Shown: positions 26,026 through 35,358 of the stretch, piece after piece
Layout: every line of letters starts with the position of its first letter
Position numbering within the stretch: position 1 is the stretch's first letter
Source of the DNA: a virus
Lineage: Duplodnaviria > Heunggongvirae > Uroviricota > Caudoviricetes > Herelleviridae
Virus record (IMG/VR): IMGVR_UViG_2974632988_000001
Coordinates: 59,923 to 123,922 of that record
Strand: one strand, 5' to 3'
DNA length: 64,000 nucleotides
Notes under the pieces: model-generated
What the model was told of the DNA's origin: nothing
What the model saw: only the letters and a program-made list of their open reading frames with translations
Database searches by the model: none
Program-made: the position numbers and the translations under genes

Positions 26026-26236
26026 AACTGCTCACCATATTCCTTCCTGTTTTAAAATAGTATGGATTGTGCTTTTCCATATGTTTTTCTAAGTTACCTA
26101 TAGTTTTGTCGAGCATTGCTAATTCCTGTGTATATCCTCGATACTTGCGTAATAACCTTACTCTATCAAGTAAGTAATCATGTAGTAGTAATTGACCTCT
26201 GAACGGTATATAGAAATTTGTTTTACTCATTGTCAC
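26000..26236 (-). CDS. hypothetical small protein
   Basis: 78 aa ORF. Confidence 0.45.
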   Translation of the reverse strand: MTMSKTNFYIPFRGQLLLHDYLLDRVRLLRKYRGYTQELAMLDKTIGNLEKHMEKHNPYYFKTGRNMVSSYGGSISNS

Positions 26237-26538
26237 TCCACCTCACTTATCCAACCCCATCTTACGTCTGCTTGGAAATCTTCAATGCTTACGTATTCGA
26301 TTAGTTCTATCGCTTCATCTCCCGGGTCTGGGTCGGGGTCTATAAATTCTACTCCTACATACCCTTCGAATACGTCTACCTCTCTAATCTTACAATGTAC
26401 ACGGAAGCAGCCTAACCATGACATGCCTAGTGTGATTGATGATAGCATACAATAGTGACCTTTTAAATCTTCGCACATTAACTTAAGCTTGTCCGCTTCT
26501 TTTTTTAACTTACCGATATTCACTTTGCCCATTACCAT
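26233..26538 (-). CDS. hypothetical small protein
   Basis: 101 aa ORF. Confidence 0.5.
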   Translation of the reverse strand: MVMGKVNIGKLKKEADKLKLMCEDLKGHYCMLSSITLGMSWLGCFRVHCKIREVDVFEGYVGVEFIDPDPDPGDEAIELIEYVSIEDFQADVRWGWISEVE

Positions 26539-26816
26539 TCTCCTTCCGTAGCGATTTCATTGAATGTTATGTATTTTCTATCAATCGTGTTGTCGTTTAG
26601 TGGGTCACGGAATCCTACCTCTGCTGTAAAACTTTCTAGGCAATAGTAGGTTACACGACATGTAACCATAATACCCTTACTTGCTTCTTCTCCAGTTAAT
26701 TCGTATAGAGGGAACTTAAAAGGTTTGTTCTCTATAGATTTTATAGCTGTTACCAAGTCGTCAAAAGCGGATTCGAATGCATCATTAAATCTTTTAAAAT
26801 CTTTTTTGCTAATCAT
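26532..26816 (-). CDS. hypothetical small protein
   Basis: 94 aa ORF. Confidence 0.5.
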   Translation of the reverse strand: MISKKDFKRFNDAFESAFDDLVTAIKSIENKPFKFPLYELTGEEASKGIMVTCRVTYYCLESFTAEVGFRDPLNDNTIDRKYITFNEIATEGEW

Positions 26817-26818
26817 TA

Positions 26819-27175
26819 CTATTCTCCTCCCGGTAATAAACTTCTTCTGTTTTCATCTACTAGTTTAACAAGGTCGAACCTAGAATGACCGAAGCTGTAA
26901 TCATGGTCTTCTAATACGTATACACATCCTTTGTACTCATAAGTTTTACCGTAGTCGTAATCAAGGGTACCCATACCTGATTCTAGAATAACATCATCCA
27001 TATCAATTAATTGCCAGCTAGGTTTGTCTATACCGTATACTTCTACAGCTATACTAAATGGTGGTTCTTTCTTTTCTATGCGTTCTACAAACGTAACACC
27101 TTCTTCTCCTAGAAATGCGTCTTTATCTTCTATATACCCAATGTATTCGCCTTTATAGAACATGTCATAACTCAT
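26819..27175 (-). CDS. hypothetical small acidic protein
   Basis: 118 aa ORF. Confidence 0.5.
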   Translation of the reverse strand: MSYDMFYKGEYIGYIEDKDAFLGEEGVTFVERIEKKEPPFSIAVEVYGIDKPSWQLIDMDDVILESGMGTLDYDYGKTYEYKGCVYVLEDHDYSFGHSRFDLVKLVDENRRSLLPGGE

Positions 27176-27483
27176 TTAAAATCTACCTCCATTTTAGTTA
27201 TCAATCCTTTCATTCCTTTGTTGTACTCGTCAAATATAAAGTACTTACCATCATCTTTTATACTTTCCAGTGTGTAAAGCCCCTTACCAAACACGTAGAC
27301 AGTATCGAAATCAGCTTCAAACTTTTCATTAATCTGTAAAATCTTATGCCCGTCTTCGTCATACACCATTGTTAACGGTTGTCCATTGTCCCAATCCCAT
27401 ATTGTATATACTTTAATCATCTCTTCATCTCCTTTTGTTGTTGTCTGCAAGTAAAGAATACCATCAAAAAAGAGAAGGGTCAA
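27172..27483 (-). CDS. hypothetical small protein
   Basis: 103 aa ORF. Confidence 0.5.
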   Translation of the reverse strand: MTLLFFDGILYLQTTTKGDEEMIKVYTIWDWDNGQPLTMVYDEDGHKILQINEKFEADFDTVYVFGKGLYTLESIKDDGKYFIFDEYNKGMKGLITKMEVDFK

Positions 27484-27510
27484 CCCCTTCTCCTAAACTT
27501 TTTTATTTTT

Positions 27511-27768
27511 TTATGTCCACATCGCATTTTGAGCAAAGTCGTCTTTAGGTATGTATGCGTATCGCTGTGTTGCGGTACCTTCCTCCCCTCCTACATCGTC
27601 CGGATGTGTATATAGAACGTAGACAGTCTCGGTAATTTCATCGATATAAGCAACTCGACAAAGCGTATACATCGAACCTTCCACTTCTATCTCTAGTAAA
27701 TAGTTTGGTAAATAGCATTCTCTTCCTAACCAATCGTTATCTTCGTAACCTAATTCATTAATAGTCAT
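27511..27768 (-). CDS. hypothetical small acidic protein
   Basis: 85 aa ORF. Confidence 0.5.
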   Translation of the reverse strand: MTINELGYEDNDWLGRECYLPNYLLEIEVEGSMYTLCRVAYIDEITETVYVLYTHPDDVGGEEGTATQRYAYIPKDDFAQNAMWT

Positions 27769-27782
27769 ATGTATTTTCCTCC

Positions 27783-28037
27783 TTATAATCTATAGAAATT
27801 AATTTGCCAAAATTCTTTGTCCATTAAGTGCGGTTCGCCCTCGTTATCGATAAAGAACTTATAATTTTCATCGATTGGGTATTCTACTTCGAACTCGCCA
27901 TTGATGATGTCGATAAATACGTCTTCTGGAATCCCACCCCACTCGGTAGATTCTCTATCAATCTCTGGGTAAAACTTACTCTTTGTGAAGTACTCCGTTG
28001 TCTCACCAATAAAAATCCATTTTGCTTTTTGCTCCAT
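27783..28037 (-). CDS. hypothetical small acidic protein
   Basis: 84 aa ORF. Confidence 0.5.
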   Translation of the reverse strand: MEQKAKWIFIGETTEYFTKSKFYPEIDRESTEWGGIPEDVFIDIINGEFEVEYPIDENYKFFIDNEGEPHLMDKEFWQINFYRL

Positions 28038-28050
28038 TAAAATCTCTCCC

Positions 28051-31000
28051 TTAAGCTATTTTTTGGTATTGCGGTTTATTTGACTTAATTACTTCTACTA
28101 GTTCATCGTACTTCTCTTCTGTAATCGCCTTAGAGTTCTTATAGTTCTTAACGTTCTTTAAATCTCCGTGGTATTTACAGTAACCTGCTACAGATGCGAA
28201 TGTATCTAAATCGTCTGGGTTGTAATCTACCATGTCATTGTATGTAACACCAATCTCGACATCAGCCGTGATAGGGAATCTTCTTCTTTCTCCTTCCCAG
28301 TCAATCCATAACCAATCGATAGGTAAGTTCTCCATGACTGTTTTACCAATGTGAGCCATTAACTTAATTTCTTCTGGTGGACAGTCGATTACAATACTAT
28401 CGTGTACTGTTAGTACAATACGAGAACGTAAGTTCATTTTCTCAATTAGGTTATTGATGTAGATTAATGAGTTATTCGTTAAGAATGCACCAGAACCCTG
28501 TATACGTGTGTTGGTAGCCTGACGTAATGCGCCGTTACGTTTCTGCTTATCTTGTGAATACACATCTCGTAGATTACGAGTGTAGCCTTGTAGACATGAG
28601 ATACTACCAGCTTTCATTGCAATTTCTTTGTTCTCTTCTATGTATTCTTTCAATCGCGGCTTCCCAGCAAAGAAGTCTTCGAATAATTTTTCTGCTTCCT
28701 CTACAGTCATGTTGTGTTTAGGTGCGAATGAGAATGGAACCTCACCATACGCTAAACCGAACGATACGGCTTTTGCTTTTGTACGTTCATCGTCTGTAAC
28801 GTCCTCTGGTGGCTTACGGAACGTTAAGGCTGCTGTCTGTCTGTGGATGTCCTCGCCATCGAAGAACGATTTAATCATATCCATATCCATTGCGTCTAAA
28901 GCCATTACACGAGACTCTAATGAGCTGTAATCGAGCTGGATTAATGCTCCACCATCGAATCTTGAAATGAACATGCGCTTGATTGGGTGCTTGTAGTCGA
29001 ATCGATATACGTCCCCGGATTTACGAGGCATATTTTGCATGTTCGGATTCGCTGATGATAAACGACTTGTCTCTGTACCTTCACTGTTGAACGAGCCGTG
29101 TAGGATATCATTATGGTCTACCATACTTAAGAACTTGTATGTGAAGTTCTGTTTACGAGTCTTAACTAATGAGAACTCTACTAGTAGCTCTGCTAGTTCT
29201 TTCATCTCTGGATAGTTTTTCGCTATGAACTTCATATTAGCAGAGTTAGACTTGTAGTGGTACCATTCGATTTCATCTTCTTCTAGATTGTTCTCTACAG
29301 CAGAGTCTACTAGATGCTCACGGTTGAATGGAAGCTTAATACCTGTGTACTTGAACATGACTTTTTGCTTGTCATCAGATGAGTTCGGATTAAATCTTCT
29401 ATCTTCTTCATCTTTATACTTGTCACGTAACTTCGCTATCTCCGTATCACGGAACTTAACAGGCTTCATCTTCTCTTCTAGACCCATACGATATAGCTCT
29501 TCTTTTTCTTGTTCTAGCTGCTTAATCTCTGGGAACTTACGCATAAGAGCGATAAGTCTGTTTTCTTCCTTCGTATAAGCTTCTACAAGGCTCTTGATGT
29601 ACGGAATATCCGTTTTGATACCTGTAGCCTCAATCTTAGCTAGAACGTTCACAAGCTCCGGATAATGCCCTTTATAGAGGTCTTCAATCTTCTTAAGACC
29701 TTTCTTCGTACATCTCTCTGCTAATTGGTTGTAGATACGTAAACACACATCAACGTCACCAGAAGCATATGGAGAAAGCATTTCCCATAAAGGAATCCAT
29801 TCATAGTTGAAATCTCCGCCATCTATCTCGTTAACAGGAGCTTTTACTTCATCCCATTTAGGTGTAGGTGGTTTCTCATACTTCCATTCTTGTGCTTGTC
29901 TATCACGCTGTTGTTTAAGCTCTTCAATCCGGTTTGTTAAGTACTCCGGTCTACCTGCTAAGAACTCTGTAAGAGGTTGTCCATCTTTCTCTAGCTTCTT
30001 GATTGTCTTGTTAACAACCTTTAGCTCAGAACGTAACTCCTTGATTGTAGCATTGATATCTGCTTTCATTTCTTTAATCTTGTTACTAGCAGCTTCACGT
30101 TCTGCATCGCATTTTAACTTCCAATCAAGTTTCTCTTGGTCAATGCGCGCTTTTTCTTTCGCTTTATAATCTTCTATGTATTGTTTCTTATAATCTTCTA
30201 ATGCCTTATCATATCCACCCATATCTGTAAATTCATATGTTAGGTCTGATAATCGTAATGACCCTTTAACATCCTGATTGACAAGTAAGTAGTACATTGT
30301 CTTTGTATCTCGGTTGTTTTTAAATCTGGTCATATTTCTTGTTAATCGTAGGAATCGCATATCGTACTTAATATTATGCCCTACTTTTATGATATTTTCA
30401 TCACCAACAAACTCTTCTATGTACTTATAAATCTCTGCTAGATGACCCGGCATCCATCCGAAGTCCTTATGTTCTAGCGGGATAGTAACACCTGTACCTT
30501 CCTTCCAAGATAAAGAGATTACTAGCGGTTTTGCACCTATTCGTTCTGGACTTAAAGTATTTGTCTCTAAATCCCACGCGACTACTGGAGCTTCTTTTAC
30601 AATCTTCGTAAATATTTCTCGTACACGTTCGATAGTAGTTACATCTTCGTACTTAACTTTCTTAGCTACGAATGCATCTTCACCTTCGTCTACGAATTTC
30701 TTAAGTGTACCAAAATCCGCTTCTACTAAATTTTGAATTTTCGGATTTACTAGCATATACTCCATTGAGTACATTGGTAGAACCCAGCAAGTATGGCTCT
30801 CTTCTATCTCAGTAGTAGGTAACTCGAAGTCTGGTGTTATACCTGATTGTCTAAGACTAGCTATTTCTATTTCTAGCCCTTCAATGATAGCTGCTGCGTC
30901 ATCTCGTTCTTGTTGAACCTGTGGATAGCGTAGTACTAACTCATGATACGGGTCACGGACACCAACAATACCCATATCTATATTTTCAAGTTTTCGCATA

Positions 31001-31494
31001 GCTATTTTTAAATCGTTTTCTAAATCCCTTAAAACCTTTGATAGTCTGTACTCTTCTACAATGTTGTCTGGAGCATCTGCTGTCTTAGTTGTCTTATGTA
31101 CAATTCTTACTTTCTGTGGAACCCCTCGCATCGTAGAAATAGATGCTTTCCCCAAAAGAGCTTTACAACCAAGATTACCAGAAGGAACGATAATGTCTGG
31201 TCTTTCTTTTACGATACGCGCTCTAAACTCTTCATGCAAGGGGTTCGCATCTTTCTGTGCGGGCTGCTTATACTTCACGGCTCGTCCACTCTTATCCCTA
31301 CCGATAACTTGCGGTACTTCGTAGTAGGCGTAATCAATATAAAAATCTTTGTTTGTTAGTCCTAACCCATCTGTAATCAGATTTTTTAATAACTTACCGC
31401 CTCTAGTAGAGAGAAACACATTTTTAAGACTTCCATCTTCCATCTTCTTCATGTGGTTTTCCCTTAGGTATTCCTGTGCGAATAATATCTTCAA
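28051..31494 (-). CDS. family A DNA polymerase with 3'-5' exonuclease and N-terminal UDG-like domain
   Basis: Exo I AWDLETN; motif A LIQLDYSSLESRVMA; motif B RTKAKAVSFGLAYG; motif C LTVHDS; N-terminus VPSGNLGCKALLG is UDG-family-4-like; start reassigned to TTG 31494 with GAAGGAGGAG RBS because an extended -10 promoter lies inside the track ORF. Confidence 0.9.
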   Translation of the reverse strand: MKILFAQEYLRENHMKKMEDGSLKNVFLSTRGGKLLKNLITDGLGLTNKDFYIDYAYYEVPQVIGRDKSGRAVKYKQPAQKDANPLHEEFRARIVKERPDIIVPSGNLGCKALLGKASISTMRGVPQKVRIVHKTTKTADAPDNIVEEYRLSKVLRDLENDLKIAMRKLENIDMGIVGVRDPYHELVLRYPQVQQERDDAAAIIEGLEIEIASLRQSGITPDFELPTTEIEESHTCWVLPMYSMEYMLVNPKIQNLVEADFGTLKKFVDEGEDAFVAKKVKYEDVTTIERVREIFTKIVKEAPVVAWDLETNTLSPERIGAKPLVISLSWKEGTGVTIPLEHKDFGWMPGHLAEIYKYIEEFVGDENIIKVGHNIKYDMRFLRLTRNMTRFKNNRDTKTMYYLLVNQDVKGSLRLSDLTYEFTDMGGYDKALEDYKKQYIEDYKAKEKARIDQEKLDWKLKCDAEREAASNKIKEMKADINATIKELRSELKVVNKTIKKLEKDGQPLTEFLAGRPEYLTNRIEELKQQRDRQAQEWKYEKPPTPKWDEVKAPVNEIDGGDFNYEWIPLWEMLSPYASGDVDVCLRIYNQLAERCTKKGLKKIEDLYKGHYPELVNVLAKIEATGIKTDIPYIKSLVEAYTKEENRLIALMRKFPEIKQLEQEKEELYRMGLEEKMKPVKFRDTEIAKLRDKYKDEEDRRFNPNSSDDKQKVMFKYTGIKLPFNREHLVDSAVENNLEEDEIEWYHYKSNSANMKFIAKNYPEMKELAELLVEFSLVKTRKQNFTYKFLSMVDHNDILHGSFNSEGTETSRLSSANPNMQNMPRKSGDVYRFDYKHPIKRMFISRFDGGALIQLDYSSLESRVMALDAMDMDMIKSFFDGEDIHRQTAALTFRKPPEDVTDDERTKAKAVSFGLAYGEVPFSFAPKHNMTVEEAEKLFEDFFAGKPRLKEYIEENKEIAMKAGSISCLQGYTRNLRDVYSQDKQKRNGALRQATNTRIQGSGAFLTNNSLIYINNLIEKMNLRSRIVLTVHDSIVIDCPPEEIKLMAHIGKTVMENLPIDWLWIDWEGERRRFPITADVEIGVTYNDMVDYNPDDLDTFASVAGYCKYHGDLKNVKNYKNSKAITEEKYDELVEVIKSNKPQYQKIA

Positions 31495-31516
31495 CCTATC
31501 TCCTCCTTCTCTCTCT

Positions 31517-31545
31517 ATTATATCACAAATTCTACTAGTAAACAA
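31517..31545 (-). promoter_or_regulatory. extended -10 promoter (TTGTTT-17-TGATATAAT) for the DNA polymerase gene
   Basis: rc of attata 31517-31522 preceded by TG; lies inside the track ORF N-terminus. Confidence 0.5.
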
Positions 31546-31586
31546 CAAAAAGAGAGACAAATATGCCCCTCTTATGTTATACTAAA

Positions 31587-32399
31587 TTATTTAACTTGGA
31601 TTAACGGGTTTGCTTCACCAGTAACTTGCGGGAGCTTACCGTCCCATTTCTCGATTTTCTTCGCTTCAAGAAGTTCCGGAGTTAACGACTCTTGAACTAC
31701 ACGGTTAGCTTCTGCTTTACCACGAGCCTCTTCAATTAACTTATCAGAAGTAATTTTAGCTTGCTTCTTCTCAATCTCAGCTTTTTCTAAGTTTTGTTGA
31801 GCATCTACTACGCCTTGAATTGCTTTAGCTGTATTTGCATCCGGTTTAGGTGCTTCTAACGTTACAGAGTCAACTAGGAATCCTGTATTAGTTACCATTG
31901 ATTTAAACTCTTTTTCAATCTTAGCGTTGATATCTCCTTGATGTTGGAACACTTCTAGTACTGAATAGTTAGAGAATACATTTAATGTAGCTTTCTTAAT
32001 ACGAGTTTGTAACCAACCATTCTCTGTTACATCAGGAGCTTGTCCTTTAAATTTATTGTAGATTGCTGGTAACTTGTCCACATCGTTTGCATAGTCGTAA
32101 GATAAGCTAACTGTTAATGGTTTACCATCTTTCGTTTGTACATTGAACTTGTCCACTTTTACTGTTGCTGTAGAAATCGGGTATGCAGTTACTCGTTTCC
32201 ACGGTGCCACCCAATGCCAACCTTGACCTAATGTTTCTTTCTCGATACCATATCCACGGTTGTAAACTACACCTACATGACCTTGTTCAATACTTGTAAC
32301 ACTCATTGCAGTAAAAATACCGCCACCTAAAATCATTGCTCCTAATACTGATGCTCCTACTACCTTTTTCATATTCCATTTGCTTTTTGATAAATTCAT
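31587..32399 (-). CDS. SPFH/band-7 (stomatin/prohibitin/flotillin-like) membrane protein
   Basis: N-terminal TM then GHVGVVYNRGYGIEKETLGQGWHWVAPWKRV SPFH core; coiled-coil C-terminus. Confidence 0.75.
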   Translation of the reverse strand: MNLSKSKWNMKKVVGASVLGAMILGGGIFTAMSVTSIEQGHVGVVYNRGYGIEKETLGQGWHWVAPWKRVTAYPISTATVKVDKFNVQTKDGKPLTVSLSYDYANDVDKLPAIYNKFKGQAPDVTENGWLQTRIKKATLNVFSNYSVLEVFQHQGDINAKIEKEFKSMVTNTGFLVDSVTLEAPKPDANTAKAIQGVVDAQQNLEKAEIEKKQAKITSDKLIEEARGKAEANRVVQESLTPELLEAKKIEKWDGKLPQVTGEANPLIQVK

Positions 32400-32411
32400 A
32401 TTATTCTCCTC

Positions 32412-32546
32412 CTAATTTTTAAATAGATTAATAAATTTTTCTACTAAACCACCAATGTATTCGAAAATACCTTTCTTACCCGCTAATACCCAAAGACCAG
32501 CTAATAAGATTAATAACATTATAATTCCTACTAATAGAGAGTACAT
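32412..32546 (-). CDS. micro membrane protein (about 44 aa), not in ORF track
   Basis: GAGGAGGGAGAATA-ATG; reads MYSLLVGIIMLLILLAGLWVLAGKKGIFEY... Confidence 0.35.
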   Translation of the reverse strand: MYSLLVGIIMLLILLAGLWVLAGKKGIFEYIGGLVEKFINLFKN

Positions 32547-32566
32547 TATTCTCCCTCCTCTAAAAT

Positions 32567-32956
32567 CTACCGTTTATTTGTTAATAAATCAGCGATAGCA
32601 TTGTTGATATAGTTTTGCACATACTTGTCTATTCCGCCGAACAGATGGATTTTGTCATCTAAATATTTATTTACTTTCTCTTCTACCAAAGAAGTTAGTG
32701 CATCTTTATCGATTGTTACTTCTTTTTCTAATCGTTTCGCGATATTTTTTGTGATTTCTGATTGCGTATGGCTCCAATACCCTCCATTCTTTAATTCGTT
32801 AATTCTAGCTGTCGCAACTCTTTGTATTTCGTATGCTAGAGCTTTATCGATTTCTTCTCTAGAAATTTGTTTCGCTTGTGAAATCAGCGCATCCTTAATG
32901 CTCTTTTCAAATAAGTCGTTATCTTCTAAAGTTAAATTAATACTTACTTTTTTCAT
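32567..32956 (-). CDS. hypothetical protein
   Basis: 129 aa ORF. Confidence 0.55.
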   Translation of the reverse strand: MKKVSINLTLEDNDLFEKSIKDALISQAKQISREEIDKALAYEIQRVATARINELKNGGYWSHTQSEITKNIAKRLEKEVTIDKDALTSLVEEKVNKYLDDKIHLFGGIDKYVQNYINNAIADLLTNKR

Positions 32957-32958
32957 TA

Positions 32959-33144
32959 TTATTCCTCCTCTAAATCCTCTTCTGTAACTTCTAGTGTTTC
33001 TACTTTCTTAATTTTAGAATCCCATTCAATAAAACCATCTAGGTTATACATCTCATGTTCGATGGACTCTAATGCAGATTCACCGTATGTATCTCGCGTA
33101 TCGAATACAACCGACATTACGAATACTTCTTTTTTAATAGCCAT
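32959..33144 (-). CDS. hypothetical small acidic protein
   Basis: 61 aa ORF. Confidence 0.45.
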   Translation of the reverse strand: MAIKKEVFVMSVVFDTRDTYGESALESIEHEMYNLDGFIEWDSKIKKVETLEVTEEDLEEE

Positions 33145-33387
33145 TTAGTTTCCCTCCCCTTTAAGATACACTTCATGGTCTTCCGGTGTTGCGTTCGTTT
33201 TATTTATCGCTAAGTCGTCATCCCACTCAAATTCTTCTGATGATTGTACAGATGTTACACGAGTCATTACATCCATTCGTGTTTCTAAATGATGTTCAAC
33301 TTCATTTACCATACTTTCATTACTATGCCAATCGTAGTCACCATTAGCATCTACAAGGTATAGCGTTACTTTATGTACTTTAGCCAA
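33145..33387 (-). CDS. hypothetical small acidic protein
   Basis: 80 aa ORF. Confidence 0.45.
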   Translation of the reverse strand: MAKVHKVTLYLVDANGDYDWHSNESMVNEVEHHLETRMDVMTRVTSVQSSEEFEWDDDLAINKTNATPEDHEVYLKGEGN

Positions 33388-33568
33388 TTGAATCCCTCCA
33401 TCCTAACGAGTATGAACCTACATTGTAATTCTCCTGACACCAATCTTTAATAGATTCTAGCTTTTCTATTAAGTCTGTTTTACTTAAGTCTTCGTTTTCA
33501 AGAAATTCTTCTATACTTTTAGCTATATCTTCATAACCCTCAACCATATCTCTAGCATAACTACTCAT
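33380..33568 (-). CDS. hypothetical small protein
   Basis: 62 aa ORF. Confidence 0.45.
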   Translation of the reverse strand: MSSYARDMVEGYEDIAKSIEEFLENEDLSKTDLIEKLESIKDWCQENYNVGSYSLGWRDSIG

Positions 33569-33879
33569 TTTACATCATGCCTTTCTACTCTATGACTATA
33601 AGGGAAACCTTCCTCTTTGCATATGTTATCTTTCGATTCCATCATACTGATTGCGTCTCCTTTATTCCTATGTACTCCTACTACTCCCTCCTTACCGAAC
33701 GGGTTTTCGATGATAGTTAGAAACACTTCATCCTGTACAATCTTCCTTTCGAATACGGCTTTACCTGCTTCTACTGATATAAATCTCCAACCTTCTTTAC
33801 CGTATTCGTTTAATGCTTCTTCTGTGTTTCTGAATAACGATAGACTTGCTGGTACTAGTTTGTATTCAAACCGTTCCAT
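33565..33879 (-). CDS. hypothetical protein
   Basis: 104 aa; AAGGAGGTG RBS; promoter 33921-33949. Confidence 0.55.
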   Translation of the reverse strand: MERFEYKLVPASLSLFRNTEEALNEYGKEGWRFISVEAGKAVFERKIVQDEVFLTIIENPFGKEGVVGVHRNKGDAISMMESKDNICKEEGFPYSHRVERHDVK

Positions 33880-33920
33880 TTCTGCACCTCCTTGTTTTTG
33901 TGTTGTTATCTTATGCCTTT

Positions 33921-33949
33921 ATATTACACTCTACTATTCTAAAAGTCAA
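33921..33949 (-). promoter_or_regulatory. sigma-A-type promoter TTGACT-17-TAATAT
   Basis: rc of agtcaa 33944-33949, atatta 33921-33926. Confidence 0.55.
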
Positions 33950-33956
33950 CAATAAA

Positions 33957-33990
33957 AATAAAAAAAGAAGAGATTTTTTATTTCTCTTCT
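33957..33990 (-). terminator. rho-independent terminator (AGAAGAGA/TCTCTTCT plus U-run)
   Basis: Inverted repeat 33966-33973/33983-33990 plus A-run. Confidence 0.65.
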
Positions 33991-34286
33991 TTCGGTGGTA
34001 GTTCGATAGATTTTAATCTCGATAATAGCTCGAATTTAGGGACTCTCTTAGCGTGTCTGTCCACGTATCTATGGTTAAGGTTATCCCAACACTTCTTATA
34101 AGGTAAATCATGCAGGAAGAGCTTGTAAAGCTTCCCAAACTTAACAACATCACCATCCGCTATCGCTTCTTCGATAACATCTTCTATTGTTTTGATAACC
34201 TCCTCCATTTCACCTTTCGTGTAACCTCCTCTAATCGCTACACGTCTAGCAATCTCTTCCCGGTTTACTAACTTATCCATTAGCAA
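33978..34286 (-). CDS. hypothetical protein
   Basis: 102 aa ORF; terminator 33957-33990. Confidence 0.55.
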   Translation of the reverse strand: MLMDKLVNREEIARRVAIRGGYTKGEMEEVIKTIEDVIEEAIADGDVVKFGKLYKLFLHDLPYKKCWDNLNHRYVDRHAKRVPKFELLSRLKSIELPPKEEK

Positions 34287-35038
34287 CCCTCCATGAGCGA
34301 CACATGGTTTGTATATTTAAACTTCTTATTATCTTTCTCTATTAATTCATCTACTTTCTTTTTATCTTTCTCGTCGTCACAGACTAACCAGATATTCATC
34401 TTCCATGTCGATAGTGGGTCTTGAAGATGACAGAAGCATTCGTACTTGTATTCCGGCTTCATGTAGTACTTACCGTTACGAAGTCTATAGTACTTCTTAT
34501 GACGTGCTTGAATCTCCTCTTTCGCTAATGCAGGGAATGATACACGAACCTTATCTACATGGTAACGCAATGGATATAAAGAGAACAGGTAGTCGTATAC
34601 ATTGATGTCCGGTAATACAATTGGCACATCGATTACAACACTAGTAGCCATTGATGATAGCTGCACATTCTTTACATCTTCTAATGTATGCTCCTTTTGG
34701 CAAGCGTAAATGATTTCTGATTGTGGTACTTGTGCTAAAGAAGTAATAACAGGTACAGGCGCTCTACCTGCGCTATAGTATTGTACGAATCCACCGTGTT
34801 TAAAAATCTTATCTTGTAATGTGTCATTTCCGTACTTCTGTTTAAATACGAGATACTTATTATCATCGCGTACTGGGAATAGTTCTGATTGGCTTTCTAG
34901 TTTTTCCATAGCGGATTCTAACTCTTCCTCGTTTAATCGCGTGACTTTAATTGCGTCTCCCTCGGCTTGTACTGTTGTTAAGTTTACATTTTTAGAGCGG
35001 TCAGTATTGTAAACATTCAAAATTCTTTTTCTAGACAT
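34280..35038 (-). CDS. hypothetical protein
   Basis: 252 aa; AAGGAG RBS; extended -10 promoter at 35075-35083. Confidence 0.6.
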   Translation of the reverse strand: MSRKRILNVYNTDRSKNVNLTTVQAEGDAIKVTRLNEEELESAMEKLESQSELFPVRDDNKYLVFKQKYGNDTLQDKIFKHGGFVQYYSAGRAPVPVITSLAQVPQSEIIYACQKEHTLEDVKNVQLSSMATSVVIDVPIVLPDINVYDYLFSLYPLRYHVDKVRVSFPALAKEEIQARHKKYYRLRNGKYYMKPEYKYECFCHLQDPLSTWKMNIWLVCDDEKDKKKVDELIEKDNKKFKYTNHVSLMEGC

Positions 35039-35074
35039 TTATTTAACTCCTTATATTTTATTTCCTCTATCTTA

Positions 35075-35083
35075 ATTATACCA
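35075..35083 (-). promoter_or_regulatory. extended -10 promoter element TGGTATAAT
   Basis: rc of attatacca 35075-35083 upstream of 34280..35038. Confidence 0.4.
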
Positions 35084-35088
35084 TAAAC

Positions 35089-35117
35089 AAAAAAGTAGAG
35101 GCTAAATGCTCCTCTAC
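35089..35117 (-). terminator. rho-independent terminator (GTAGAGG/CCTCTAC plus U-run)
   Basis: Inverted repeat 35095-35101/35111-35117 plus A-run. Confidence 0.6.
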
Positions 35118-35133
35118 TTAGTGTGGTTTTATA

Positions 35134-35358
35134 TTAATCGAAAAAGCTCTCGCTCTTTGTATCGATAAGGTAGTTTACAAATAGTTTCTTAGCTTTCTTT
35201 GTTGCAGCTATTAGATTCGCTATTGTTAGGTCACCTACACCTACTGAATCCACTTTAGCTGTATTAATGTCGATATAAATATCGAACTCGGCTCCTTCAT
35301 CATCACAGTAACAGATAAACAAGTCTCCGTCTACTTTTGTTTTGATATCCATTTCCAA
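35134..35358 (-). CDS. hypothetical small acidic protein
   Basis: 74 aa ORF; terminator 35089-35117. Confidence 0.45.
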   Translation of the reverse strand: MEMDIKTKVDGDLFICYCDDEGAEFDIYIDINTAKVDSVGVGDLTIANLIAATKKAKKLFVNYLIDTKSESFFD

